A stretch of DNA of 64,000 bases from an uncultured delta proteobacterium (GTDB taxonomy: Bacteria > Myxococcota_A > UBA9160 > SZUA-336), in assembly GCA_963704165.1 (NCBI GenBank), contig CAVPHD010000004.1, forward strand, positions 1-64,000. Reading direction: 5' to 3'. Below the pieces are notes generated by a model. It saw nothing but the letters and a program-made list of their open reading frames with translations. It was not told the DNA's origin and made no database searches. The position numbers and the translations under genes are program-made. Positions 1-11,157 of this stretch are shown here, piece after piece. Numbering within the stretch: the stretch's first letter is position 1; each line of letters starts with the position of its first letter.

Positions 1-10
1 AGGGGGAGAT

Positions 11-637
11 GTGCGCGTAGCCGGGTTCAGATCCGACGGATTCCGCCGCGTCGCCCTCGCGGCCGCTGCCTCGTTGTTCTGCGCGTACGGCTACGGTCAG
101 GAGCAGGATCCGTTCATCGGGGCCTGGAAGCTCGTGGCGTCGGAGGCGAATCAGGGACGCTGGGACCAGGCGACCGCGGCGGCTCCGGACCTCGACGCCG
201 GACTCGCGGAGGTCGAGGACAGCTTCGGTTGGCCGCTTCGCGCCGAGATCCGATCCGCGCTCGTCTCCCACGACGCGCGCACGCTCGCCCGCGCGCTGAC
301 GGTCGCCGCCTGTGGTGCCGTTCTCCGGAAGCTCGACGCGTCCGCGCGCGAGGGATTGACCGACTACTACCGGGCGAAGTACCGGATCGAGGCGGCGCGC
401 ACGACCTACTCCGAGCTGCTCGCGCCACCTTTGCGACACCAGGACGCGACACGTCACGGGCATTCGCACGACGCCGTCTGGGACGGGCTCGCGCGAGCGC
501 AGACGGCCCTCGGTCGCCCCGGCTTTCTCGGCCGCGGGCAGGTCGCGCCCGATCGAGCCGCCTACTCGGCTGCAGAACGCGAGATCGAATCCGCACTGCG
601 AGCCGCCTTTCCGTTCGTACCGGAGGTGAAGCGATGA
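11..637 (+). CDS. Secreted helical hypothetical protein
   Basis: GGAG RBS before GTG; signal-peptide-like N-terminus; stop overlaps next start (ATGA). Confidence 0.65.
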   Translation: MRVAGFRSDGFRRVALAAAASLFCAYGYGQEQDPFIGAWKLVASEANQGRWDQATAAAPDLDAGLAEVEDSFGWPLRAEIRSALVSHDARTLARALTVAACGAVLRKLDASAREGLTDYYRAKYRIEAARTTYSELLAPPLRHQDATRHGHSHDAVWDGLARAQTALGRPGFLGRGQVAPDRAAYSAAEREIESALRAAFPFVPEVKR

Positions 638-1977
638 GAAGTCGAGCCGTCATGGGAATTCTCGCGCTGGTTCTGACGTGCGATGTCGCGCACGCAGAGA
701 GCGAGGTCGAGACGCTTCGAACTCGCGTGCGCGAGCTCGAGGAACGCCAGCAGCGGACCGACGCGGAACTCGATCAGCTTCGCGCGCTCCTCGTCGGCGA
801 GGCGCGCGAGCAGCGCACTCCCGATGTCAGCCAGGCTCCGCCCGGCGACGATATCGACCTCGGCGTGCTCGCGGGCCGGAGCGAAGGGTCGATCCTGAGC
901 CGGATCGATTTCCACGGCCACCTCGCCGTCGACTACGTCGGTATCGGGAAGCCCGGTGCCGCCAGCGTCGATACGCGCGTCGAGTCCGACGCGGAGCTCT
1001 TGCCGCGCAGCTCCTTCACCGCCTCGGACCTGACGTTCTTCGTCGGTCTGCCGATCTACGAGAACGTCTACGCAGCGACCGAGGTCGAGTACGAGAGCGG
1101 TGGCGACGAGATCTCGCTCGACCAGGCATTCGTACAGTGGGATCTCCTGCCGGACGAGCGCCTCTCCCTGCGCGGAGGCAAGTTCTACTTTCCGTTCGGC
1201 ATCGACCGTTTCCATCAGAACGCGCCGACCAACCCGCTCGTCGATCGGCCCGCACCGTTCCTGTTCGTGATTCCGGAGACGTACTCCGAGACCGGAATCG
1301 AGTTGCTCGGCGAGGCCGCGCTCTCGCATTCGCCCGAGGTGGTCGCCGAGTACGAGTTCGCACTGGTGAATGGGCTGGGCGAGCCTGCGTACTCGTCAGC
1401 GCGCGTCGCGCGACAGAACCGGGACGGGAACTCCGGGAAGTCCTACGGCGGCCGGCTCGGGTTGGTCTTCGATCGCTGGCTGCGCGTCGGTGCGTCGGGT
1501 CTCGCAGGGAACTACGACCGGACGAACGACGACGGTCTCTGGGCCGCGGGTGTCGATCTGCGCGCACAGTGGAATGCCTTCACGCTGCGAAGTGAGTGGG
1601 TGGTCTCGCGCCTGGAAAACCCCGACGCCGTCTCCGCCGACGGGACACCATGTCCGAAGCTGCCGTGCCCGGCGCTCGAACCCCTGACGCCGCTCGGTGG
1701 CAGCTTCCGCCGCCGCGGTTGGTACGTGGAAGGGGTCTGGCGGCCGCGACCGGTCTTCGCGGATTTCCTCGGCCCGCTCGACTACGTCCTCCGCTACGAC
1801 GTTCTCGACGACGATCAAGGTCTGGAGGCGACGCTCGACGGCCAGCGTTTCGCCGCCGGGATCGTCTTCCATCCCTATGAGCACTTCTCTCTGAAAGCCG
1901 AGTACGAGATCGTCGACGACGAATCGAGCGAGGTCGACAACAACGGCTTCCTGTTCCAGGGCGCGGTGGATTGGTGA
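634..1977 (+). CDS. Outer-membrane beta-barrel porin (OprO/OprP-like) with N-terminal coiled coil
   Basis: ATG 634 after GGAGG; signal peptide, coiled coil (LRTRVRELEERQ), amphipathic strands, GKFYFPFG, terminal aromatic residue (GAVDW). Confidence 0.75.
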   Translation: MRSRAVMGILALVLTCDVAHAESEVETLRTRVRELEERQQRTDAELDQLRALLVGEAREQRTPDVSQAPPGDDIDLGVLAGRSEGSILSRIDFHGHLAVDYVGIGKPGAASVDTRVESDAELLPRSSFTASDLTFFVGLPIYENVYAATEVEYESGGDEISLDQAFVQWDLLPDERLSLRGGKFYFPFGIDRFHQNAPTNPLVDRPAPFLFVIPETYSETGIELLGEAALSHSPEVVAEYEFALVNGLGEPAYSSARVARQNRDGNSGKSYGGRLGLVFDRWLRVGASGLAGNYDRTNDDGLWAAGVDLRAQWNAFTLRSEWVVSRLENPDAVSADGTPCPKLPCPALEPLTPLGGSFRRRGWYVEGVWRPRPVFADFLGPLDYVLRYDVLDDDQGLEATLDGQRFAAGIVFHPYEHFSLKAEYEIVDDESSEVDNNGFLFQGAVDW

Positions 1978-3350
1978 GCGACGTCGACGTAGCGGTGCTC
2001 GGCGCCGGCCCCGCGGGTCTCGCCTGCGCCTGGGAGCTCGCGACTCACGGCGCCCGGGTCACCTTGCTCGAAGCCGCGCCTCGGGTCGGCGGTCTCGCCG
2101 CTACGTTCGAGCGCGACGGCTACCGTTTCGACCAGGGTGGCCATCGCTTTCTCACGCGATGGCCCGAGCTGCTCGAACGGGTGAAGAAACTCCTCGGCGA
2201 AGAGCTCCTCGTCGTCGACCGACACAGCGTGGTCGTGAGCGAAGGACGGCGCTTCGGGTATCCACTCGAGCTCGCTGACCTGTTGCGAAACGTGCCGCTG
2301 CGTCGAGGCCTCCACTACGTCGCGAGCTGGGCGGGCGAGCGATTGCGTCGTCCGCTGCGCGACGAGACGAGCTTCGAGGGCTGGATGATTCGGCGCTTCG
2401 GCCCTGCGCTCTACGCCGAGTTCTTCGCGCCCTACTCGCGCAAGCTCTGGGGCATCGAGCCGTCGCGTCTCTCCTCCGACTGGGCGCCGCAGCGGATCGG
2501 AAGCTTCGACCTCGGCTTCGCCCTGAAGGGGCTCGTCGGGCTCGCGCGTTCACGCCCGCGCACGATCGCGCGCCGCTTTCTGTATCCCCGGTTGGGTATG
2601 GGGCAGCTCTTCGACGCGATCGCCGACGAGGTCGCGCGCCTGGGCGGAACGATCCGGCTCGGCGCGCCCGTCGAGTCGCTCGCGCTCGAGTGCGGGCGCG
2701 TGCGCGCCGCGCGCACAGCAGCGGGAGACATCGAGGCGCGCGCCTTCGTCTCGACGCTGCCACTGCCCGCGCTCGCGGGCTTTCTGGGTCTCGAGACCCG
2801 ACTGCGGTTTCGCGGTCTGCGATTCCTGAACGTGATGCTCGACGAACCCGCGAATCTCGGCAGCACCTGGGCGTATCTCTCCGACGGCGCCGGCCTGGTG
2901 TCGCGCGTACAGGAGCCGGCGCGGCGCAGTCCGTTCATGGTTCCACCCGGTCGTGGCTCTCTCCAGCTCGAGCTGCCCGGCTCGCCCGGCGACGAGGTCT
3001 TCGAGCTCTCTGACGACGATCTCTTCGCACGCGCCTGGCCCGAGGTCGCGCGCGCGGGGCTCGTGATCCCGGCCGGTGTCACCGGCTCGTTCACGCTCCG
3101 CGCGGCGTGTGCCTATCCGGTCCTCGAGCGTTCGACACGCACCGAGCTGGTGCGCGCGCACGAAGCGGCTTCGCGGGTCGCCAACCTCGAGATCGCGGGG
3201 CGCCAGGGGCGATTCTCGTACGTCTTCGCCGATCGGGCGATGGAGGAGGGGATCGCCGTCGCGCGGCGAATCGTAGGAGTTCCCGAGGGATTGCCCGATC
3301 CGGGTCGCGAAGAGCCGTGTCCGACCGAAGCGACCTCGCTGCTCGGCTGA
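1974..3350 (+). CDS. FAD-dependent oxidoreductase (HemY/amine oxidase/UDP-galactopyranose mutase-like)
   Basis: GAGPAGL Rossmann motif, VGGLA, FDQGGHRF, C-terminal GRQGRFSY; GTGA overlap. Confidence 0.85.
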   Translation: MSDVDVAVLGAGPAGLACAWELATHGARVTLLEAAPRVGGLAATFERDGYRFDQGGHRFLTRWPELLERVKKLLGEELLVVDRHSVVVSEGRRFGYPLELADLLRNVPLRRGLHYVASWAGERLRRPLRDETSFEGWMIRRFGPALYAEFFAPYSRKLWGIEPSRLSSDWAPQRIGSFDLGFALKGLVGLARSRPRTIARRFLYPRLGMGQLFDAIADEVARLGGTIRLGAPVESLALECGRVRAARTAAGDIEARAFVSTLPLPALAGFLGLETRLRFRGLRFLNVMLDEPANLGSTWAYLSDGAGLVSRVQEPARRSPFMVPPGRGSLQLELPGSPGDEVFELSDDDLFARAWPEVARAGLVIPAGVTGSFTLRAACAYPVLERSTRTELVRAHEAASRVANLEIAGRQGRFSYVFADRAMEEGIAVARRIVGVPEGLPDPGREEPCPTEATSLLG

Positions 3351-4636
3351 GCTCGCCAGCCGCCATCGGCTGGGCGGGCGGACTCCTGCTTCCGGTCCTG
3401 CTCGCACTCGGCCTGCCGTCCGAGCTCGACGGACAGGACAGCGTGAACTTCGCGCTCGGGCTCCTGGATTTCGATCCGGTGCTCGAGCAGCCGCACTTCC
3501 CCGGGTACCCGGTCTACATCGCCCTGTGTCGCTTGCTCGCGTGGTCGGGATGCTCTCACGCGGTCGCGCTGGCGCTTCCGGGCGTGCTCGCGAGCGCCGT
3601 GCTGATCCCGGCCCTGATCGTCTTCGCGCGGCGCCTCGAGGTGCCCGCGCGGGTTCTCCCGATCGCGGCATTCCTCGTCGTCGCCCAGCCACTCGTCCTT
3701 TTCGAGGGCCCGCGCCCGATGCCGGATCTGCTCGCGACCGCCTGTGTCTGGGCGTCCCTCGCGCTCGTCGCGAGCGAGCGGAGCGTCGCGGCCGGGGTCG
3801 TTCTCGGGCTCACGCTCGGGGTGCGGATCGACCTCGCGCCGCTCGCCTGCGTCGTCTTCGCGTTGCGACCGGGCGCGCGGGTCCACTTCGCCTCGGGGCT
3901 CGCGATCGGAATCGCGCTCTGGCTTCCCGCGTTCGCCGTCGCAATTCCGCCGGACGGATTCGCGAGAGGCGCTCGCTTCGCGATCGGACACTTCTCGGTG
4001 TGGGGGAGCACGGCTCTCTCGGGAGCGGGTCTTGCCCTCGCCGGAAGAGGGCTCCTGCTCGGGCTCGCCGCGCCGGTCCTGCCGCTGTTCGCACTCGTCG
4101 GCGGGTGGCACGCGCCCGCGAAGCTGCGCCGCGTTCTCGGCTTCGCACTCGGTCCCTACGCCGTCTGGGTTCTCGTCGGGCAGAACCTCGCCAGCGCGCG
4201 GCACTTCCTGCCGCTCGCCCCGGCGCTCGCGATCCTCGCCGCCTGCGCTCTCGCGGCGATCGAACGCCGTACCCTCCGGACGTCCGGCTACCTCGCGGTC
4301 GCGTGCGGCGCGATCGCAGTGTCGACCTTCGCGCCGCCCTCCCATCCGAACGGCCGGGAGCTCTTCGAGCGGGTCCGGGGTGCCTGTCCGGACTGCGAAG
4401 CGATCTTCGCCGGCCCGAGCGAGCGCGTGCTCGAGTACTACGCTCCCGCTGGCGCGCCGCTCTACCGAAGAAGCAGCATCGACGAGGTTCGTCGGGATCT
4501 CCGGGCCTGGCCCGAGCTGACCGGTTCGGTCGGAATCACGAGCGAGCTCTCGGGGAGCGCCGGGCTCGGCGCGGAGAAGGTGGAGGTCGCGTCGGAGCTC
4601 GGCCTGTACCGGATCGATGCCGCCGCGCTACGGTAG
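3317..4636 (+). CDS. Polytopic membrane protein, GT-C (PMT/ArnT/DUF2723-like) glycosyltransferase candidate
   Basis: DSVNFALG...QPHFPGYPVY loop, many TM segments, RHFLP motif; start estimated. Confidence 0.6.
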   Translation: MSDRSDLAARLSSPAAIGWAGGLLLPVLLALGLPSELDGQDSVNFALGLLDFDPVLEQPHFPGYPVYIALCRLLAWSGCSHAVALALPGVLASAVLIPALIVFARRLEVPARVLPIAAFLVVAQPLVLFEGPRPMPDLLATACVWASLALVASERSVAAGVVLGLTLGVRIDLAPLACVVFALRPGARVHFASGLAIGIALWLPAFAVAIPPDGFARGARFAIGHFSVWGSTALSGAGLALAGRGLLLGLAAPVLPLFALVGGWHAPAKLRRVLGFALGPYAVWVLVGQNLASARHFLPLAPALAILAACALAAIERRTLRTSGYLAVACGAIAVSTFAPPSHPNGRELFERVRGACPDCEAIFAGPSERVLEYYAPAGAPLYRRSSIDEVRRDLRAWPELTGSVGITSELSGSAGLGAEKVEVASELGLYRIDAAALR

Positions 4637-4641
4637 GCGCC

Positions 4642-6429
4642 TTGAGGTCCTTCAACCTCCTGCGTTACTTCACGGTCGCGAGCCTGGTCGTGATCGCGGC
4701 GCTCGCGCTCGCCACGGCGTGGGTCTTCTCGCGCAATCTCGAGAACAGCCTGACCGAGGAAGCCGGTCTGTACGCCGAAGAGATGGCCGCTTCGCTCAAT
4801 CGCGCGATCTTCCGCGACTTCCTCGATCCACTCGCACGCGAAGGTCGCGACGTGGATCTGGAGGACCCGACTCAGCGGGGCGATCTCGCGCGGATCGTCG
4901 AGGCCCATACCCGCGGTCTGCGCATACTCACCGTCAACGTCTTCGATCAGAGCGGGACGATCATCTTCAGCACGAACGGCGACTACATCGGCTACCGCTC
5001 GATCGACAACCCCGGACTCACACAGGCGCTCCAGGGTCAGACGACCTGGTTCCTGAAGCGCGCCGAGCTCGAGCTGGACCCGATCCGTCCGGGGCACGAT
5101 CTGCTCGAGTCGTACTCCCCGCTTCACGAGCTCGATGTCGAATCGGAGGAGTTCGGCCCGATCATCGGCGTGCTCGAGCTCTATCAGGACGCACGCCCGA
5201 TCACGGCCAAGATCGCGCAGGGTGAGCGCGAGATCGTACTACTCACGTCCGGACTGATGGGGGTGCTGTTCGTGGCGCTCTTCGAGATCGTGCGACGCGG
5301 ACACGTTCGCATCGCGCGGCTCTCGGAAGCACTGGCGCTCTCGAATCGCGAGCTCGAGGCCCGCGTCATCGCCCGCACGCGCGAGATCGAGCATGCGCGC
5401 GAGCGGCTCGAGTCGCTCTTCGACGGCATCACCGACGGCATCTCCGTGATCGAGCACGACTTCCGCGTGTCGGAATGGAATTCGGGGATCGAGCGGCTCT
5501 TCGGCGCTCCGCAGGTCGCAGGGCGGGATCTTGTGTCACGAGCGCTACGCGAAACGCGCGACGCCGTGCCTCGGTTGCCCGGCACGCAGGACGATGGCGA
5601 GCGGCGTCCAGGCGCAGCGTCGGTATCGCTGGCCCGCGCCCGATGGAACGCTGCGCGAGGTGGAGGTCGTCACGTTCCCCTACACATCGCGCGAGAACGA
5701 ACGGGCCGTGATCGAGGTCGTGCGCGACGTTTCGGAGCGCGGCGAGCTGGAGCGGCAGCTGGTGCAGAGTGAGAGCCTGGCGTCGCTCGGAGAGCTCGCG
5801 GCGGGTGTGGCGCACGAGATCCGGAATCCGATCGGCATGATCCGAAGCTCCGCTCAGCTCCTCGAGGGGTCGACCGGGTTGTCGGAGCACGAGCGCACCT
5901 TGCTCGGGGTGATCGAGACCGAGGCGACACGCGTCGCGGGTACGATCACCGAGTTCGTCGGCTTTGCCGCGCCGACGAAGCCGTCGATCTCGTCGTGCGA
6001 TGTCGAGCCGATGCTGGATCGTGCGCGCACGATGTTGGCGGCCGAGGCCGCGCGTCGCGGCATGCGGATCGACGTGGACGTCGAGCCGGACCTGCCGCGC
6101 GTGCTCGTCGATCCGGAGCTCCTGCACCGCGTGCTCGCGAACCTGGTCCTGAACGCGCTACAGGTCCAGAGCCGCGGCGGCTGGGTCGGGCTCTCGGCCC
6201 GCAGCGCCGGCCCCGGCGAGGTGGCCTTGCACGTCGCGGATCACGGACCGGGGATTCCCGAGGGCGATCTCGAGCGCATCTTCCAGCCGTTCTTCAGCCG
6301 CCGTGCCGGTGGCACCGGTCTCGGGCTCTCGATCGCGCAACGGATCGTCAGCGCGATCGGTGGACGCATCTCCGTCGAGAGCGGTCCGAACGGCAGCGAT
6401 TTCTCCCTCGTGTTTCCAGAGGCGGAGCC

Positions 6430-6433
<4 letters not shown>
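4642..6433 (+). CDS. Sensor histidine kinase (periplasmic sensor, PAS, HisKA, HATPase); one frameshift near 5520-5531
   Basis: Two TMs and PAS start in one frame; PCLGCP PAS half, H-box AHEIRNP, NLVLNA, DHGPG, GTGLGL in the next frame. Confidence 0.85.
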
Positions 6434-7806
<1,373 letters not shown>

Positions 7807-7871
7807 ACCCGACGCATTCCGCATCGACCCCGAGGGGATAGGAGTCCGCGCGCGCCGGTCCACGGGCGCTC

Positions 7872-7890
7872 GATTCAGGAATTCGAACTC
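7872..7890 (+). promoter_or_regulatory. Putative activator binding site, copy 1 (GATTCAGGAATTCGAACTC)
   Basis: 15/19 identical to 13475-13493; same 40-bp offset to the -24 GG. Confidence 0.65.
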
Positions 7891-7928
7891 CTGCCCGGTC
7901 GCCGGCGGCGGAGCGGCTCGATCGCTCG

Positions 7929-7944
7929 CGGCACGCGCCTTGCT
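7929..7944 (+). promoter_or_regulatory. Sigma54 -24/-12 promoter (CGGCACGCGCCTTGCT)
   Basis: GG-N10-GC spacing; matches TGGCACG-N4-TTGC; upstream of GGAGG RBS and ATG 7984. Confidence 0.8.
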
Positions 7945-7983
7945 CCTCCGCTCCTGGCGAAATCGCTGGGACGGAGGTTCTGC

Positions 7984-8379
7984 ATGCGTCGGTTGCTCTC
8001 GGTACTGCTCGCGATCGTTCCGCTCGCGGGCTGCTTCACGGTCCGCCACTCGTACACCGGGGACAAGGTGCTCACCACGGACCCCGCTCCACCCGGTCGT
8101 GGCGTCCGGCTCGTCCGTCACTTCACCGCGCACGACCGCCAGTTCTTTTGGATCCACGGTGGCTTTCCGGTCGGCGAGTCACTGAACGCGGCCGCGCTCG
8201 CGGCCAAGGAGGCGGGCGACCACGACGCGGTCGTCAACCTGAAGATCCGCGACGGGCAGAACATCACCGACCTCTTGATCTCGCACGTGCCGTGCGTGCT
8301 GACCCTGATCTGCGGCACCTGGTCGGCGTGGGCCGAGGGGGACGTCGTGGACTATCTGCCCGAGGAGATTTCGCGATGA
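7984..8379 (+). CDS. Small lipoprotein (Bor/TRL-like)
   Basis: Lipobox LAGC; GGAGG RBS. Confidence 0.7.
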   Translation: MRRLLSVLLAIVPLAGCFTVRHSYTGDKVLTTDPAPPGRGVRLVRHFTAHDRQFFWIHGGFPVGESLNAAALAAKEAGDHDAVVNLKIRDGQNITDLLISHVPCVLTLICGTWSAWAEGDVVDYLPEEISR

Positions 8380-8771
8380 GCCGCCTGCGATCGAGTGCCG
8401 TTCTCGCCGCGCTCTGCGCCGTGCTCTCGGCCGGCTGCTTCAACGTCAACCACCGACTCCCGCCGCACGCCTACTTCGGGACGCTGCCGGCATCGCCCGG
8501 AGAAACCTCGACGCGGTTCGAGCGCAGCGCGATGAAGAACTGGCTCCTGGCCGGTCTGTTTCCGTGGTCCCGCTTCAGCAGCGACAATCTGCTCGCGGAG
8601 AGCGCCTCGGGCGTGATTCGCTACGAGAACCTCGCGGTCGAGACCCGATTCAGCGTGATCGACACCATCATCTGGCTCGTTCCCGGGCAGTTCTACGGCT
8701 ACTACGTGTGGGCCCCTCGACACGTCTCGGTGTCGGGGGACGAGGTCCGGAACGGGGTGGCGCGGCGTTGA
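8376..8771 (+). CDS. Small lipoprotein (Bor-like), probable distant paralog of the upstream gene
   Basis: Lipobox SAGC; ATGA overlap; WLLAGLFP and YVWAPRHVSVSG segments. Confidence 0.7.
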   Translation: MSRLRSSAVLAALCAVLSAGCFNVNHRLPPHAYFGTLPASPGETSTRFERSAMKNWLLAGLFPWSRFSSDNLLAESASGVIRYENLAVETRFSVIDTIIWLVPGQFYGYYVWAPRHVSVSGDEVRNGVARR

Positions 8772-10000
8772 TTCCGAGGCTGCTCGGCGCGGTTCTTCTG
8801 CTCGCGCTCGCGCGCGGCTCGGGCGCGGTCGAGGCCCCGGAGCTCGAGAGCGTCGAGCTCGTGGTGGTGGCGATCGAGGGGTGTCCGGGCATTCCCTTCC
8901 CGCGTGCCACGCGCGAGCTGGTGATCGACGGCGACCGGGCGGTCGATCGCGCGGCGCGCTTCTGGGAGCTCGATCGACCGAACAGCTTCGCGAACGGCCG
9001 CGCGTCTCGGCGCTACCGGATCGGCAAAGGCGTGCTCTCGGTCGAGTCCGAGCTTTCGCCCGGGCTCGATCGCGAGACGATCCGGATGCGGATCGCGGAG
9101 CCGATCGCCGCCGAGTACCTGGCGACCTACCTGACGGGCACGAGTCTTCCCTGCGAACGCGAAGCGCACTACACCGTGCGGCGTCGGGGTCCCGTTCGTG
9201 GCGATCTCGCAGCGCTTGCGCGCTTCGATTCCGCGCTGCTCGAGGCGACCGAGCTGCTCTACGACGCTCGCTTCGCCGAGGCCGACGTACGACTGCGTGA
9301 GGCGATGGCGCTCCGGCCCGACGACCCGGCGCCGTACTGGATGATGGCCAGGCTTCTCTACCTCGCGATCGAGGGGCGCGCGGCGGACCTCTCCCGCTCC
9401 GAGCGGATCGCAGGCTACGAAGAGGCGGAGGGCTGGGCCGACCAGGCGGTTTCGCGCGCGCCCGGACGCTCCGAGGGATATCTCTGGCAATCGATCGCGC
9501 ACGGACGAATCGCGACCAGCACCGGCCCGGTCGTCCTGGCCGTGCGCGGCTGGGTCGGCGGACGCGGGCCGAGCTGGCTCGAGGCCACCATGCGCAAGGC
9601 GGTGTCCTTGCCCGAGGACTTCCGCTTCTTCGGGTTCTCGACCCGCGCCGACGCGCTGCACACCCTGGCACAGTTCTACCGCCTCGCACCGACGGGCTGG
9701 TACATGAGCCTGGTCGGCACGAGCGGGAATCTCGATCGCGCGATCGAGCTCTCGCGTGAGTCGGTCGGGCTTCAGCCCGTTCGCATCGAGTACCGCAAGG
9801 AGCTGGCGGTCGAGCTGCTCTGCCGCGGCGCCGATGGTGACCTGGCCGAGGCGCGAGCCGAGCTCGAAGCCGCGAGCGCGATCCCCGAGATCACGCCGAT
9901 CGACCGCATCGACCACGCCCACGCGCGCGCGCTCCTGCGCCGACCGCCGGCCGACGTCTGCGGGTACTCCCGCGACGCATTCCAGGAATCGGCGACGTGA
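8768..10000 (+). CDS. Secreted TPR-containing protein
   Basis: TTGA overlap; signal peptide; TPR-like helices (ALRPDDPAPYW, AVSRAPGRSEGYLW, LDRAIELSRESV). Confidence 0.7.
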   Translation: MIPRLLGAVLLLALARGSGAVEAPELESVELVVVAIEGCPGIPFPRATRELVIDGDRAVDRAARFWELDRPNSFANGRASRRYRIGKGVLSVESELSPGLDRETIRMRIAEPIAAEYLATYLTGTSLPCEREAHYTVRRRGPVRGDLAALARFDSALLEATELLYDARFAEADVRLREAMALRPDDPAPYWMMARLLYLAIEGRAADLSRSERIAGYEEAEGWADQAVSRAPGRSEGYLWQSIAHGRIATSTGPVVLAVRGWVGGRGPSWLEATMRKAVSLPEDFRFFGFSTRADALHTLAQFYRLAPTGWYMSLVGTSGNLDRAIELSRESVGLQPVRIEYRKELAVELLCRGADGDLAEARAELEAASAIPEITPIDRIDHAHARALLRRPPADVCGYSRDAFQESAT

Positions 10001-10470
10001 CCCGCTCGGCGCTCGCGCTCTCGATCATCGTGCTCTTGTCCCGGCTCGCGACCGCGCAGTCGGAAGCGGCTGCGGCACGGGTCTGGGAGATCAACGGCAT
10101 CCGCCTCGAGCCCGCCCAGATCGAGCGTCTCGCCGACGACATGGCCGGCCGAACGGTCGATGCCGTGCGGGAGAAGATCCCGGCGATCGCGCTTCGCGAC
10201 GGGCAGGCGGAGCAGATGCGCGCCGTCTACCGCGGCGTCGCGCTCGACGTGTTCTCCGACGTCGTCCGCGAGGTCGCGCGAGACGATCGGACCGACGCGG
10301 AAAAGGAGGCGCGCGTGCGCGAGCTCGTGCTCGCCGGCCAGGGTCGCAGTCACGCCGAGCTCGCGTCGGTTCTCGACGCGCGGCAGCTCGGCCTCTACGC
10401 GGCCTGGGAAGACCGACAGGTCGAGGCCTTCAAGAGCCGGCGCTGGAACGACCGCAAGCGGCGGAGGTGA
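9997..10470 (+). CDS. Secreted helical hypothetical protein
   Basis: GTGA overlap; signal peptide; coding-like composition. Confidence 0.6.
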   Translation: MTRSALALSIIVLLSRLATAQSEAAAARVWEINGIRLEPAQIERLADDMAGRTVDAVREKIPAIALRDGQAEQMRAVYRGVALDVFSDVVREVARDDRTDAEKEARVRELVLAGQGRSHAELASVLDARQLGLYAAWEDRQVEAFKSRRWNDRKRRR

Positions 10471-10473
10471 GCG

Positions 10474-11157
10474 ATGAAGTTCTTCCGGGATCGACTGCGT
10501 GCGTGCGTGCTCGTGCTCCTGATCGCCTGCGCGGCGACGGTCGCGCGCGCCGAAGAGGCGCCGGCGGTCGGCCTCGACTGGGAGGTTCACGAGGATCCCG
10601 CAGGGCCGCTCGTCTCGTGGCTGCGTGGTGTGCGCGACGGCGTTCTCGGTCTTCTCGACGACGTGACCGACGCGCAGCTCGGGGTCTTCTCCGAGCTTGC
10701 CATCGACAGCGGCGCGCTGCTCGAGCTCGGCTCCGACTGCGTCGGGCTCGTGGACGACAATCCGTTCTCGCAGCACCTGCTCAAGGGAATCGCGAGCAAG
10801 TCGCTCGCGAAGACCGCCTGGCTCTTCCACCTGGCCGGATCCGAGGCCGTGCTCGGCAGCCACGGGCTCGAGACCGAGAGCTGGATCGCGTCGAGCTTCG
10901 AAGAGCTGAACCCGCTTCTCGATCCCGACGAGGCACCCGCGCGCCTGCCGCTCGACCCGCTCGACTTCGTCGGCGAGGGCTGGATTCACGGCGAGGTCTA
11001 CACGGTTCATCTGCCCGGGTCGATCCTGCTCGCGACCGCGGCCGCGGATCTCGTCGTCCGGCCGATCGGGAATCTCGTTCGCATCGTCGGCTTTCACGGC
11101 ACGGCGGAAAGCATCGAGGCCGCGGGTAACGGACTGGTGCGCCGGACCGTGCGCTGA
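10474..11157 (+). CDS. Secreted or membrane-associated hypothetical protein
   Basis: GGAGG RBS; signal peptide ending ARA; coupled to the MMPL gene. Confidence 0.65.
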   Translation: MKFFRDRLRACVLVLLIACAATVARAEEAPAVGLDWEVHEDPAGPLVSWLRGVRDGVLGLLDDVTDAQLGVFSELAIDSGALLELGSDCVGLVDDNPFSQHLLKGIASKSLAKTAWLFHLAGSEAVLGSHGLETESWIASSFEELNPLLDPDEAPARLPLDPLDFVGEGWIHGEVYTVHLPGSILLATAAADLVVRPIGNLVRIVGFHGTAESIEAAGNGLVRRTVR

